Assembly (NCBI GenBank): GCA_964497655.1
Contig: CAZCDJ010000002.1
Coordinates: forward strand, 1-36,143
Length of the DNA stretch: 36,143 bases
Direction: 5' to 3'
From: an uncultured Oscillospiraceae bacterium
GTDB taxonomy: Bacteria; Bacillota; Clostridia; Oscillospirales; Oscillospiraceae
Both the position numbers and the translations under genes were made by a program. Below, piece by piece: positions 26,293-33,605 of the stretch; position 1 is the stretch's first letter, and each line of letters starts with the position of its first letter. The notes under the pieces are model-generated. The model saw only the letters and a list, made by a program, of their open reading frames with translations. It did no database searches and was not told the DNA's origin.

Positions 26293-26300
26293 GAGCTTTC

Positions 26301-26352
26301 AAAACGCAGCGCCCTGCCAAACGGCATTGGGCGCTGCGCCTTTTTTGTTTTT
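26301..26352. terminator. Bidirectional rho-independent terminator (GT4 on plus, ridA on minus)
   Basis: 10-bp stem CGCAGCGCCC (26305-26314) / GGGCGCTGCG (26329-26338). Flanked by AAAA (26301-26304) and TTTTTTGTTTTT (26341-26352). Confidence 0.75.
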
Positions 26353-26360
26353 CGCCGGAC

Positions 26361-26741
26361 TCAGCCCACATAAGCCGTGGCCGCGGCCTCAAGAACGGAA
26401 TTCTTGGGCAGCGCCGCCACCTGCACACAGTAGCGGGCGGGCTTGTGGCCGCCGAAGAAGGCTGCGTAGACCTGATTGATGGCGGCAAAGTCCGCCAGAT
26501 CCCGGACGAAAAGCTCCATCTTTACGATGCTCTCCTTGCAGCCGCCGCCGGCCTCCACAATGGCCAGCACGTTCTGAAGCACCAGCTCCGCCGCCTTGAT
26601 TACGTCTGTCTCCACCTCGCCGGTGCCGGGATAGAAGGGACACTGCCCGGAGGTGAAAATGAAGCCGCCGCATTTGGTGGCGTGGCTGTAAGGCCCGATG
26701 GCCGCCGGCGCCTTCTCGCTGCTGATAATCTCAATGGACAT
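26361..26741 (-). CDS. ridA: RidA/YjgF-family reactive-intermediate (enamine/imine) deaminase
   Basis: 126 aa. SSEKAPAAIGPYSHA...IFTSGQ, with typical length and C-terminal ALPKNSVLEAAATAYV. Confidence 0.85.
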   Translation of the reverse strand: MSIEIISSEKAPAAIGPYSHATKCGGFIFTSGQCPFYPGTGEVETDVIKAAELVLQNVLAIVEAGGGCKESIVKMELFVRDLADFAAINQVYAAFFGGHKPARYCVQVAALPKNSVLEAAATAYVG

Positions 26742-26800
26742 ATGATTACTTCCTTTCTTATTCCCGCCGGCTCACACCGGTCATGGTCTGTTCGCGTGGC

Positions 26801-27457
26801 TCACTCGCCCGAGGCCAGCTCAGTCTCCGCCTTGCCCTGACCCAGGCGGTAGCCGATGGACAGCAGACTGTCCTCCAGATGGGCGCTCTCGGTGAGCACA
26901 GTTCTGGGCAGCACAAGATCCCGGCCCGTGATATTCCAGATGGCCCTGACGCCGCAGCAAATCAGCGCGTCCGCCGTCGCCTGGGCGGCGGAGGGAGGCA
27001 CGCACAGCGCGGCGTAGAGAATGGGCGTCTCCCGGACAAAGTCCGGCAGCAGGGCGATGTCCCGCACGGCCACGCCGCCAATCTCCCGCCCCGTGAATTG
27101 GGGGGAGAGATCGAAGGCGGACTTCACATGGAAGCCGCACTTTTGCAGCACGCCCCGCTCCAGCAGGTAGGAGCCGATGTTCCCCGTGCCCACCACGGCG
27201 GCGGGGATGCCCCGGTCCGCCCCCAGAATATGGATGAGATCGTCATGGAGCAGGCCCACCGCGTAGCCGAAGCCCTGCAGGCCGTACTTGCCGAAATAAT
27301 TCAGATCCTGCCGCACCTGAGAGGGCGTGTAGTCCAGCAGCTTTCCCAGATCCCGGGAGGCAATCACCGTGACCCCCTTGTCCTCCAGCCGCTCCACCGC
27401 GCGCATATATCTGCCCATTCTCCTGATCACACTGTCAGGAATTGCTCCATTTTTCAT
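26801..27457 (-). CDS. rex: Redox-sensing transcriptional repressor Rex
   Basis: 218 aa from ATG 27457 (GAGGTG RBS, 6-nt spacer). Winged helix IPDSVIRRMGRYMRAVERL...PSQVRQDLNYFGKYGLQGFGY and NAD(H) Rossmann AAVVGTGNIGSYLL. The track's extension to 27529 was rejected. Confidence 0.85.
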   Translation of the reverse strand: MKNGAIPDSVIRRMGRYMRAVERLEDKGVTVIASRDLGKLLDYTPSQVRQDLNYFGKYGLQGFGYAVGLLHDDLIHILGADRGIPAAVVGTGNIGSYLLERGVLQKCGFHVKSAFDLSPQFTGREIGGVAVRDIALLPDFVRETPILYAALCVPPSAAQATADALICCGVRAIWNITGRDLVLPRTVLTESAHLEDSLLSIGYRLGQGKAETELASGE

Positions 27458-27531
27458 TCCCATCACCTCACCGACGGTCGTTATTCTCCCGCCGGACGGA
27501 GCAGCCCTGCCCCGTCCGACGGCTTGCATGG

Positions 27532-27774
27532 TTATTCTTCCTCAGCCTGATACAGCGTCCGGTAGCCCCCGGCCTCCACAAGGTAAACCGCGTCCAGATC
27601 CTCGTTGGCCCAAGCCTTTTCAAAGGGCCGCTCAAAGCGGACGCAGGTGCCGCAGGAGGCGGACAGCTTCCGGGGTACCGGCATCATGGTCGCCCCATTA
27701 TCCCCCAGACTCAGGAGCTTCTTCTCAAAACGCAGCGCACCCAGGTGGGTGTGAAATGTGGCGATCTGTTCCAT
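27532..27774 (-). CDS. DUF3343-type small protein (putative Se/S carrier-like)
   Basis: 80 aa from ATG 27774, which shares one nucleotide with the upstream stop (TGATG). The size and the pattern FHTHLGALRFEKKL...PVPRKLSASCGTC match the DUF3343 module that forms the C-terminal half of long YedF proteins. Assignment is from memory. Confidence 0.6.
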   Translation of the reverse strand: MEQIATFHTHLGALRFEKKLLSLGDNGATMMPVPRKLSASCGTCVRFERPFEKAWANEDLDAVYLVEAGGYRTLYQAEEE

Positions 27775-27974
27775 CACTCTATGGTGATCTGGTAGTCCCC
27801 GTCCAGCTCCTTGTGGGACACCTTGTAGCCCGCGTTTACGGCAAAGCGGGTGACGTTCTGGAGCGGGGTCTCGCTGTCCACAAGGACTGTGAGCGGAGTG
27901 CCGGCGGCAATGGCCTTTCGGGTCATAATTACCGGCTCGGGGCAGGAATATCCTCTGGTATCAATGGTATTCAT
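27774..27974 (-). CDS. TusA/SirA-like sulfur (selenium) carrier, YedF-like
   Basis: 66 aa, MNTIDTRGYSCPEPVIMTRKAI, with the CPxP active-site motif of TusA/SirA/YedF. GGAGGG lies 6 nt upstream of ATG 27974. An alternative ATG at 27977 overlaps the yedE stop (TAATG). Confidence 0.8.
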   Translation of the reverse strand: MNTIDTRGYSCPEPVIMTRKAIAAGTPLTVLVDSETPLQNVTRFAVNAGYKVSHKELDGDYQITIE

Positions 27975-27976
27975 CA

Positions 27977-29056
27977 TTAACCCTCCGATTTTTTGGTGTT
28001 GAGAAGTCCGATCACGAGAACCACCACAAGGCACACGCCCACGGCAATCTTGCCGCCGGCGGTGGGGCCCTTGGCGGAGGACGCAAGAGCGAAGTTGTGG
28101 CAGAAGGCCGCGCCCACGGTCATGCCCAGCACAGCCACGGCGCTGTCACTGCTGCCGCTGCCGGCAAGCACCAGCTGACGCAGCGGGCAGCCGCCCAGCA
28201 AAATGGAGCCGAGACCCACAAGAAACATCCCCGCGAAGTTCCAGAACCAGTCGGTGTGGGCGATGGGCTGATCCGCAAAGCCGGCGTTGAAGCCGCCGCG
28301 CAGACCCATGGCTCCCACAATCAGGTTGCCCGCCAGCACCGCAACGAAGATGGCGATGAAGCCGGAGAGCAGGTGGAAGTCCTTGAACATGATGGCATCC
28401 CGGATGCCGCCGGCCATGCAGAGACGGGATCTCTGCGCCAGCGCGCCCACCAGAAGTCCCGCGCCCAGCGTCAGTGCGATGGAGGCGTGCATGGAGCCTG
28501 GGCCCTCGGTGGAGAAGAAAATGAACGCGGGGGCAGCCACCAGCAGCACCAGCAGCGCCACATTCACCGCCGGCATGGCGATGCCCTCCAGCTTGGAGAG
28601 GGACTGAGACTTTTTCAGGGTGAAGCCCTTGTTCAGAAACAGGGTTCCGGCATAGATGCCCGCCGCGAAGCCCACAAGGCCCAGCAGAGCGTTGCCGTCG
28701 CCGCCGCCCAGCCGGATGACCATGCGGAGGGGGCAGCCCAGGAACATCAGAGCGCCCACCATCACGCAAAAGCCCAGCACGAAGCGCAGCATGGGGGACG
28801 AGCCGCCCCGCACCTTGAATTCGCCGCCGATCATGGACATGGCCATGGCGCCCAGCACCAGACCGATGACCTCCGGACGGATGTACTGCACCGCCTCGGC
28901 CCGGTGCATCCCCAGCGCGCCTGCGGTGTCCCGCAGGAAGCAGGCAATGCAAAAGCCCATGTTCAGCGGGTTTCCGCCGGTCACCAAAAGCACCGATACG
29001 ATGCCCACCACCAGGCCGGTGATGATGATAAATATATTGTTTTTGATTTTAGACAT
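27977..29056 (-). CDS. yedE: YedE/YeeE-family membrane protein (putative selenium/sulfur-compound transporter)
   Basis: 359 aa, polytopic. Cys-containing re-entrant motifs MGFCIACFLRD, FLGCPLRM, RSRLCMAGGIRD and LLGGCPLRQL are characteristic of the YeeE/YedE family. GGAGGA RBS. Confidence 0.8.
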   Translation of the reverse strand: MSKIKNNIFIIITGLVVGIVSVLLVTGGNPLNMGFCIACFLRDTAGALGMHRAEAVQYIRPEVIGLVLGAMAMSMIGGEFKVRGGSSPMLRFVLGFCVMVGALMFLGCPLRMVIRLGGGDGNALLGLVGFAAGIYAGTLFLNKGFTLKKSQSLSKLEGIAMPAVNVALLVLLVAAPAFIFFSTEGPGSMHASIALTLGAGLLVGALAQRSRLCMAGGIRDAIMFKDFHLLSGFIAIFVAVLAGNLIVGAMGLRGGFNAGFADQPIAHTDWFWNFAGMFLVGLGSILLGGCPLRQLVLAGSGSSDSAVAVLGMTVGAAFCHNFALASSAKGPTAGGKIAVGVCLVVVLVIGLLNTKKSEG

Positions 29057-29147
29057 ACGATATGTCCTCCATTCTTTTTCCCCAGGCGCGTATCGTCTCC
29101 CCGGAAAAGATCAGCCGTCATTTCCCGAAGTACCGCGCATATATCAG

Positions 29148-29183
29148 CGGCAGCGCAAGGGCCTCAGCCACCCTTGCCCGCCG
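29148..29183 (-). other. Strong GC-rich stem-loop in the selB-yedE spacer (no U-tract)
   Basis: Minus-strand RNA CGGCGG-GCAAGGG-UGGCUGAGG-CCCUUGC-G-CUGCCG: 7 + 6 bp with one bulge and one G-U pair, starting 15 nt after the selB stop. It is not followed by a T-run. Confidence 0.4.
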
Positions 29184-29197
29184 TACAGGGCGTTTTC

Positions 29198-31099
29198 TCA
29201 GCCCTTGGGTCGCAGCAGCACGCGGCTGTCGCCCACCAGCTTTGAGATCCGCTGACCGTCAAAATAGTCCAAAAACTGCTGGGCAAATTTGCGGGATACG
29301 CCGATCTTCGTGCGGAAATCCCCCAGCGACGCGGTGTCGCTGCACTCAAACATCCCCAGAAAAGTCTCCAACGCCCGGCGGCAATACTCGCTGTGCACGG
29401 TGTACTGGGCGTTCAGCGCCGTCAGTGTCCCGTCCCGCAGCATACGGGAGGACACCTGGCGGTACAGCTTGGCCCGGTCGGCAAAGCGCTCCGCCGCTTC
29501 CGTGTTCAGCGGCGCTTCAAAGCCGCAGTCCAGATAGTATCGCTCCAATTCCCCGCACAGCCGCTGCTGCTCCGGGGAAAAGGCGGTTTGAAAGCCCGTG
29601 AGGGACGCGCTGCTGCCGTTCAGGCACAGCTTCCCCTGACGCGCATAGTAATCCAAAATCGCGTCGGCGGTCTTGGGTGAGGCGGAAAACAGCTTTTCCC
29701 GCAGCTCTCCCAGATGCAGGCCATCGGTAAGGGACTGCTCCTGGTGGTAGCTTTTCAGCAGCGCCTCGGTTCTGACCCACTGGTCGCTCAGCGCCTTGGC
29801 TGTCACATAGCCCTCGCGGATGCACAGCACCTCCCCGGACTTCACCAGCCCCGCCAGCGCCGACCTGACCTCCCCCGCGGCAAGGCCGCTGACGGAAATC
29901 AGCTCCTCCTCCCGGACAAGGCTAAGCTCCGCGTCCTCCACCATCTGCCACAGCCGCCGGTCGGTGTCCGAATTCAGCCGCTCCAGCCGCTCCAGTGTCT
30001 CCGTGTCCTCCCGCTTCAGGCGCTTTGTCCTCATATCCAAAATCACGCCGCCGCCCACGGTGGTCATGGGGGAGAAAAAGCGGATGATGAACCGGTCGTA
30101 ATTGCGTGCGGTGAGGGCCTCCTTGAAGGAGAGCACCGCGTAGTCCCACTCCCCCGGCCCCAGCTCCGCCGCGCTCAACAGGCGCACCTTGCACACCCGC
30201 TCCTGGGTGCCCTCATAGAAGTGCACCAGAGAGGAATTCTTCACCCGATAAGGCGAATCCTTGGTCATTTGCAGCCGAACCGCAATCTGCCGGGACAGAA
30301 GCATGGAGCCTGGGGCCGCAACGGTGCAGCCTCTGGAAAGCTCATCCCTGTCCACGCCGGAGAGGTTGATGGCCACGCGCATCCCGGCCTCCACCTCGCT
30401 CTGCTTGGTGTCGTGGTTTTGCAGCTCCCGCACACGGGCCTGCTTGCACTCCGGGTAGATCATCACCGTGTCCCCGGTCTGGATGGAGCCGTCCACCAGC
30501 GTGCCGGTGACTACCGTGCCGAAGCCGCGGATGGAGAAGGCTCTGTCCACCGGCAGGCGGAAGGGCCGGTCGTCCGGCCGGGCGGGGGATGTCTCCACCA
30601 TGTTGACGATGGCGCGCTTCAGCTCCTCAATGCCCTCGCCGGTGTAGGAGGAGACGGGAAGCATGGGCGCGTTTTCCAGAAAGCTGCCTTTCACGTTCTC
30701 CCGGGTGTCCTCCATGACGGCCTCCAGCCACTCACTGTCCGCCATGTCGCACTTGGTGAGGACGATAATGCCGTTCTTCACATTCAAAAGGGACAAAATA
30801 TCCAGATGCTCCCGGGTCTGGGGCATGAAGCCCTCGTCCGCGGCCACCACCAGCAGCACCACGTCGATGCCCGTGGCGCCCACCAGCATATTGCGGATGA
30901 GCTTCTCGTGACCCGGCACGTCCACGATGCTGGCGCACTGGCCGTTGGGCAGAGTGAGCTGGGCAAAGCCGATCTCAATGGTGATGCCCCGCTTGTGCTC
31001 CTCCTTCAGCCGGTCGGTGTCCACGCCGGTGAGCGCCTTGGTCAGGCAGGTCTTGCCGTGATCCACATGACCCGCCGTGCCGATTACCAGATGCTTCAT
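29198..31099 (-). CDS. selB: Selenocysteine-specific translation elongation factor SelB
   Basis: 633 aa from ATG 31099 (MKHLVIGTAGHVDHGKTCLTKALTG). G1 GHVDHGKT, G3 DVPGHE, G4 TKCD, and a long C-terminal winged-helix extension. ATGA overlap with the selA stop (31096-31099). The track's Gly/Arg-rich extension of about 100 aa lies inside selA and was rejected. Confidence 0.9.
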   Translation of the reverse strand: MKHLVIGTAGHVDHGKTCLTKALTGVDTDRLKEEHKRGITIEIGFAQLTLPNGQCASIVDVPGHEKLIRNMLVGATGIDVVLLVVAADEGFMPQTREHLDILSLLNVKNGIIVLTKCDMADSEWLEAVMEDTRENVKGSFLENAPMLPVSSYTGEGIEELKRAIVNMVETSPARPDDRPFRLPVDRAFSIRGFGTVVTGTLVDGSIQTGDTVMIYPECKQARVRELQNHDTKQSEVEAGMRVAINLSGVDRDELSRGCTVAAPGSMLLSRQIAVRLQMTKDSPYRVKNSSLVHFYEGTQERVCKVRLLSAAELGPGEWDYAVLSFKEALTARNYDRFIIRFFSPMTTVGGGVILDMRTKRLKREDTETLERLERLNSDTDRRLWQMVEDAELSLVREEELISVSGLAAGEVRSALAGLVKSGEVLCIREGYVTAKALSDQWVRTEALLKSYHQEQSLTDGLHLGELREKLFSASPKTADAILDYYARQGKLCLNGSSASLTGFQTAFSPEQQRLCGELERYYLDCGFEAPLNTEAAERFADRAKLYRQVSSRMLRDGTLTALNAQYTVHSEYCRRALETFLGMFECSDTASLGDFRTKIGVSRKFAQQFLDYFDGQRISKLVGDSRVLLRPKG

Positions 31100-32484
31100 C
31101 TCAGCACCTCCGCCACCGCAGCGGCAACCTCCGCCCCGTCGCCCTCGCTGAGCGTGCGGGCACACAGCAGCACGCTGTCCCGGGAAATACGGGCGATGAT
31201 CGGCACCGTGCGGGCGCGCAGCTTCGCCTCCAGCTCCGCCGGGGCAAGTCCGCCCACCGTCACCGCCACGGCGGCGCCGGGCAATGTGACGCCGGGGAGG
31301 GAGCCTCCCCCCGCCTCGTCCTCCGTTGCCACCACCTGTGTCTCCACACCGGGGGCGGCGGCGCGCAGCCTCGCTTCCAGCTGGCAGGCCGCCTCCCGGC
31401 ACTCGCTCTCGGTCATGGACAGCATCCGCAGAGCCGGAATCCGCTCCCGGGCCAGCGCCGTGTCCTTACTGTAACGCAGCGCCAGCTCCAGCGCCGCCAG
31501 AGAGAGCTTATCAATCCGAAGCATACGGGTCAGCGGGTTTCTTTTGATCTGGGCGATCAGCTCCCGCCTGCCCACCAGGATCCCCGCCTGCGCGGAGCCC
31601 AACAGCTTGTCCCCGGAAAAGCAGACAACGTCCGCTCCGTCCCGCAGGCACTTGCCGGCGGTTTGTCCCTCGTGCAGCCCCAGCGCCTCGCTGGGGAACA
31701 GGAAGCCGGAGCCAAGATCGTAGAGCACCAGCGCGCCGCTCTCGGCGGCAAGTCCCTTCAGCTCGGCAATCTCCACACTCTCGGTGAAGCCGGTCATAAT
31801 AAAATTGCTGGTGTGCACCTTCAGCAGCACCGTGGCCCCCGCCGCCACCGCCTTGCGGTAGTCGGACAGATGGGTCTTGTTGGTGGTGCCGATCTCCATC
31901 AGCTCCGCGCCGCTTTGCTCCATGATTTCCGGCACGCGGAAGGAGCCGCCGATCTCCACCAGCTCGCCCCGGGAAATTGCCACCTTCCGCGCCCGGGCAA
32001 GGGTGCTCAGCATCAGGAACACCGCCCCGGCGTTATTATTCACCGCCATGGCGGCCTCCGCGCCGGTGAGCTCGCACAGCAGCTTTTCCACATGGTCATA
32101 GCGGCTGCCCCGGGCGCCCGCCGCCAAATCGTACTCCAGATTGCAGTAGCCGGCGGCCACATGGGCGACGTGCTCCGCCGCCTCCCGTCCAAGGGGGGCG
32201 CGGCCCAGATTGGTGTGCAGCACCACACCGGTGGCGTTGATGACCCGCTTCAGGGCATAGAGATCCCCCGCCTCCAGCCGGGCCACCACGGTATCCGCGA
32301 TATCCTGCGCCGAGGGCACGGCAGAAACCGCGCCGGAGAGCAGGCCGGAGCGCAGCGCGTCCATGCAGCTCTGGGCGGCCTCCTTCACCAATGCCCGGGG
32401 AAAGCGACGCTCCGCCTCCGCCAGCGAGGGCAGGGACAGCAGCACATCCAGTTTCGGCAGCTTTCTTAAAAGATCGTTTCTCAT
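31096..32484 (-). CDS. selA: L-seryl-tRNA(Sec) selenium transferase SelA
   Basis: 462 aa from ATG 32484 (MRNDLLRKLPKLDVLL..., a typical SelA N-terminus). NATGVVLHTNLGRAPL, and the PLP-lysine motif CFSGDKLLGSAQAGILVG. Confidence 0.9.
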   Translation of the reverse strand: MRNDLLRKLPKLDVLLSLPSLAEAERRFPRALVKEAAQSCMDALRSGLLSGAVSAVPSAQDIADTVVARLEAGDLYALKRVINATGVVLHTNLGRAPLGREAAEHVAHVAAGYCNLEYDLAAGARGSRYDHVEKLLCELTGAEAAMAVNNNAGAVFLMLSTLARARKVAISRGELVEIGGSFRVPEIMEQSGAELMEIGTTNKTHLSDYRKAVAAGATVLLKVHTSNFIMTGFTESVEIAELKGLAAESGALVLYDLGSGFLFPSEALGLHEGQTAGKCLRDGADVVCFSGDKLLGSAQAGILVGRRELIAQIKRNPLTRMLRIDKLSLAALELALRYSKDTALARERIPALRMLSMTESECREAACQLEARLRAAAPGVETQVVATEDEAGGGSLPGVTLPGAAVAVTVGGLAPAELEAKLRARTVPIIARISRDSVLLCARTLSEGDGAEVAAAVAEVLR

Positions 32485-32502
32485 ATCCGCTTCATTCCTT
32501 TC

Positions 32503-32525
32503 GCCCGGCTCGGCCGGAGCCGGGC
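32503..32525 (-). other. GC-rich stem-loop in the selD-selA spacer, directly upstream of the selA RBS
   Basis: 9-bp perfect stem GCCCGGCTC (32503-32511) / GAGCCGGGC (32517-32525) with a 5-nt loop. It starts 8 nt after the selD stop. On the mRNA it is followed by GAAAGGAAUGAAGCGGAU-AUG(selA), with no U-tract. Confidence 0.4.
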
Positions 32526-32533
32526 TTGGGTGT

Positions 32534-33574
32534 TCACTGTTTTGCCCTGACGGACACGCCGTCAAAGGCCGTCATGCGTCCGATGCGGGCGCTGATCAGC
32601 CCCGCCTGCCCCAGTCTCGCTTCAAGGATTGCCGCCTGCTCCTCCTCCAGAGCGAACAGCAGTCCGCCGGAGGTCTGGGGGTCGAACGCCAGATCCGAGC
32701 ACTCCAGCGCCACCTGGTCAAAGCAGGTGCGGGGGCCGAAGTGATCCCGGTTGCGGTAGGCCCCCGCCGGGATCAGCCCCATGCGGGCCATCTCCAGCGC
32801 TTTGGGCAGGGCAGGCAGAGCCCCGGCGTCCACCAGTGCGGTGAGGCCGCTGCCCTCCGCCATCTCGCACAGATGTCCGGCAAGGCCAAAGCCCGTGATA
32901 TCCGTGCAGGCGTGCACCTGAAGCTCCTTTGCCGCCTCCGCGGCGGCCTTGTTCAGCTGGCGCATACTGTCAATGGCGGGCTGCAGCTCCGCTTCCGTGA
33001 GCAGTCCGCCCTTATAGGCGGTGGTCAGGATGCCTGTACCCAGGGCCTTGGTGAGCAGAAGCGTGTCCCCCTCCCGCGCGCTGCTGTTGAGCAGCACCCG
33101 CCGGGGATCCACAAAGCCGCTGACGCACAGGCCGTACTTGGGCTCGTTGTCGGTGATGGTGTGTCCGCCGGCGATGGTGCACAGAGCCTCGGCGGCCTTG
33201 TCCGCGCCGCCGGCCAGAATCCGCGCCGCCACCTCCAGCTCAAGACAGCTGGGAAAGCAGAGAAGGTTCATGGCGTGGGTAGGCGTGCCGCCCATGGCGT
33301 ACACGTCGGAGAGGGCGTTGGCGGCGGCAATCTGTCCGAACACAAAGGGATCGTCCACCATGGGCGGGAAAAAATCCACCGTCTGCACCAGCGCCAGCTC
33401 GTCGCTGATGCGATAGACGCAGGCGTCGTCCGAGGTGTCGTAGCCCACCATCAAATTCTCATTTTTCACATTTGGTAAGTCGCGCAGAACCTGCGCGAGG
33501 GCTCCGGGAGCCAGCTTGGCCGCTCACCCCGCCGCGGAGGACAGCTGCGTCAGCCGCTTTTTTTCTTTTTCCAT
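32534..33574 (-). CDS. selD: Selenide, water dikinase SelD, predicted selenoprotein (Sec17 encoded by in-frame TGA)
   Basis: The track starts at GTG 33469. The same frame upstream reads ATG(33574) EKEKKRLTQLSSAAG-TGA(33526-33524)-AAKLAPGALAQVLRDLPNV and joins KNENLMVGYDTSDDACVY.... AAAGGAGGG lies 6 nt upstream of ATG 33574. G-U-A-A-K aligns with the SelD active-site loop (Cys17-x-x-Lys20 in E. coli). The total of 346 codons is the normal SelD length. Confidence 0.85.
33480..33523 (-). promoter_or_regulatory. Candidate SECIS region downstream of the selD UGA
   Basis: The mRNA after the UGA forms two adjacent hairpins. First, GGCUC-CCG-GAGCC (33512-33500), beginning 11 nt after the UGA. Second, UCGCGCAG-GUU-CUGCGCGA (33498-33480), an 8-bp stem with a G/U-containing apical loop about 33 nt after the UGA. 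Confidence 0.5.
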
Positions 33575-33605
33575 ATTGCTCCCTCCTTTCTCTATCCCTG
33601 ACAGT

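Noticed and set aside
26742-29197. Rex operator (TTGTGAA-N6-TTCACAA-like) within the selenium-block spacers
   Set aside because: Only isolated half-site-like strings inside coding sequence were seen (e.g. GTGTGAAATG near 27750). No inverted pair occurs in any intergenic spacer of the window.
31100-31402. N-terminal extension of about 100 aa on the selB ORF (734-aa version)
   Set aside because: The extension is Gly/Arg-rich junk lying entirely inside the selA coding region. The canonical SelB N-terminus MKHLVIGTAGHVDHGKT starts at ATG 31099, in an ATGA overlap with the selA stop.
965-33478. Other long plus-strand ORFs antisense to minus-strand genes (e.g. 965-2077, 3111-4121, 5358-6359, 6909-8162, 8927-9838, 12800-13630, 14487-16064, 16523-17458, 19354-20547, 20599-21702, 21941-23431, 28097-29245, 29714-31474, 31663-32469, 32363-33478)
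   Set aside because: Each lies opposite a minus-strand gene with strong family signatures. All have Arg/Gly/Pro/His/Gln-rich low-complexity translations. Stop codons are rare in antisense frames of GC-rich coding DNA, so ORF length alone is not evidence.
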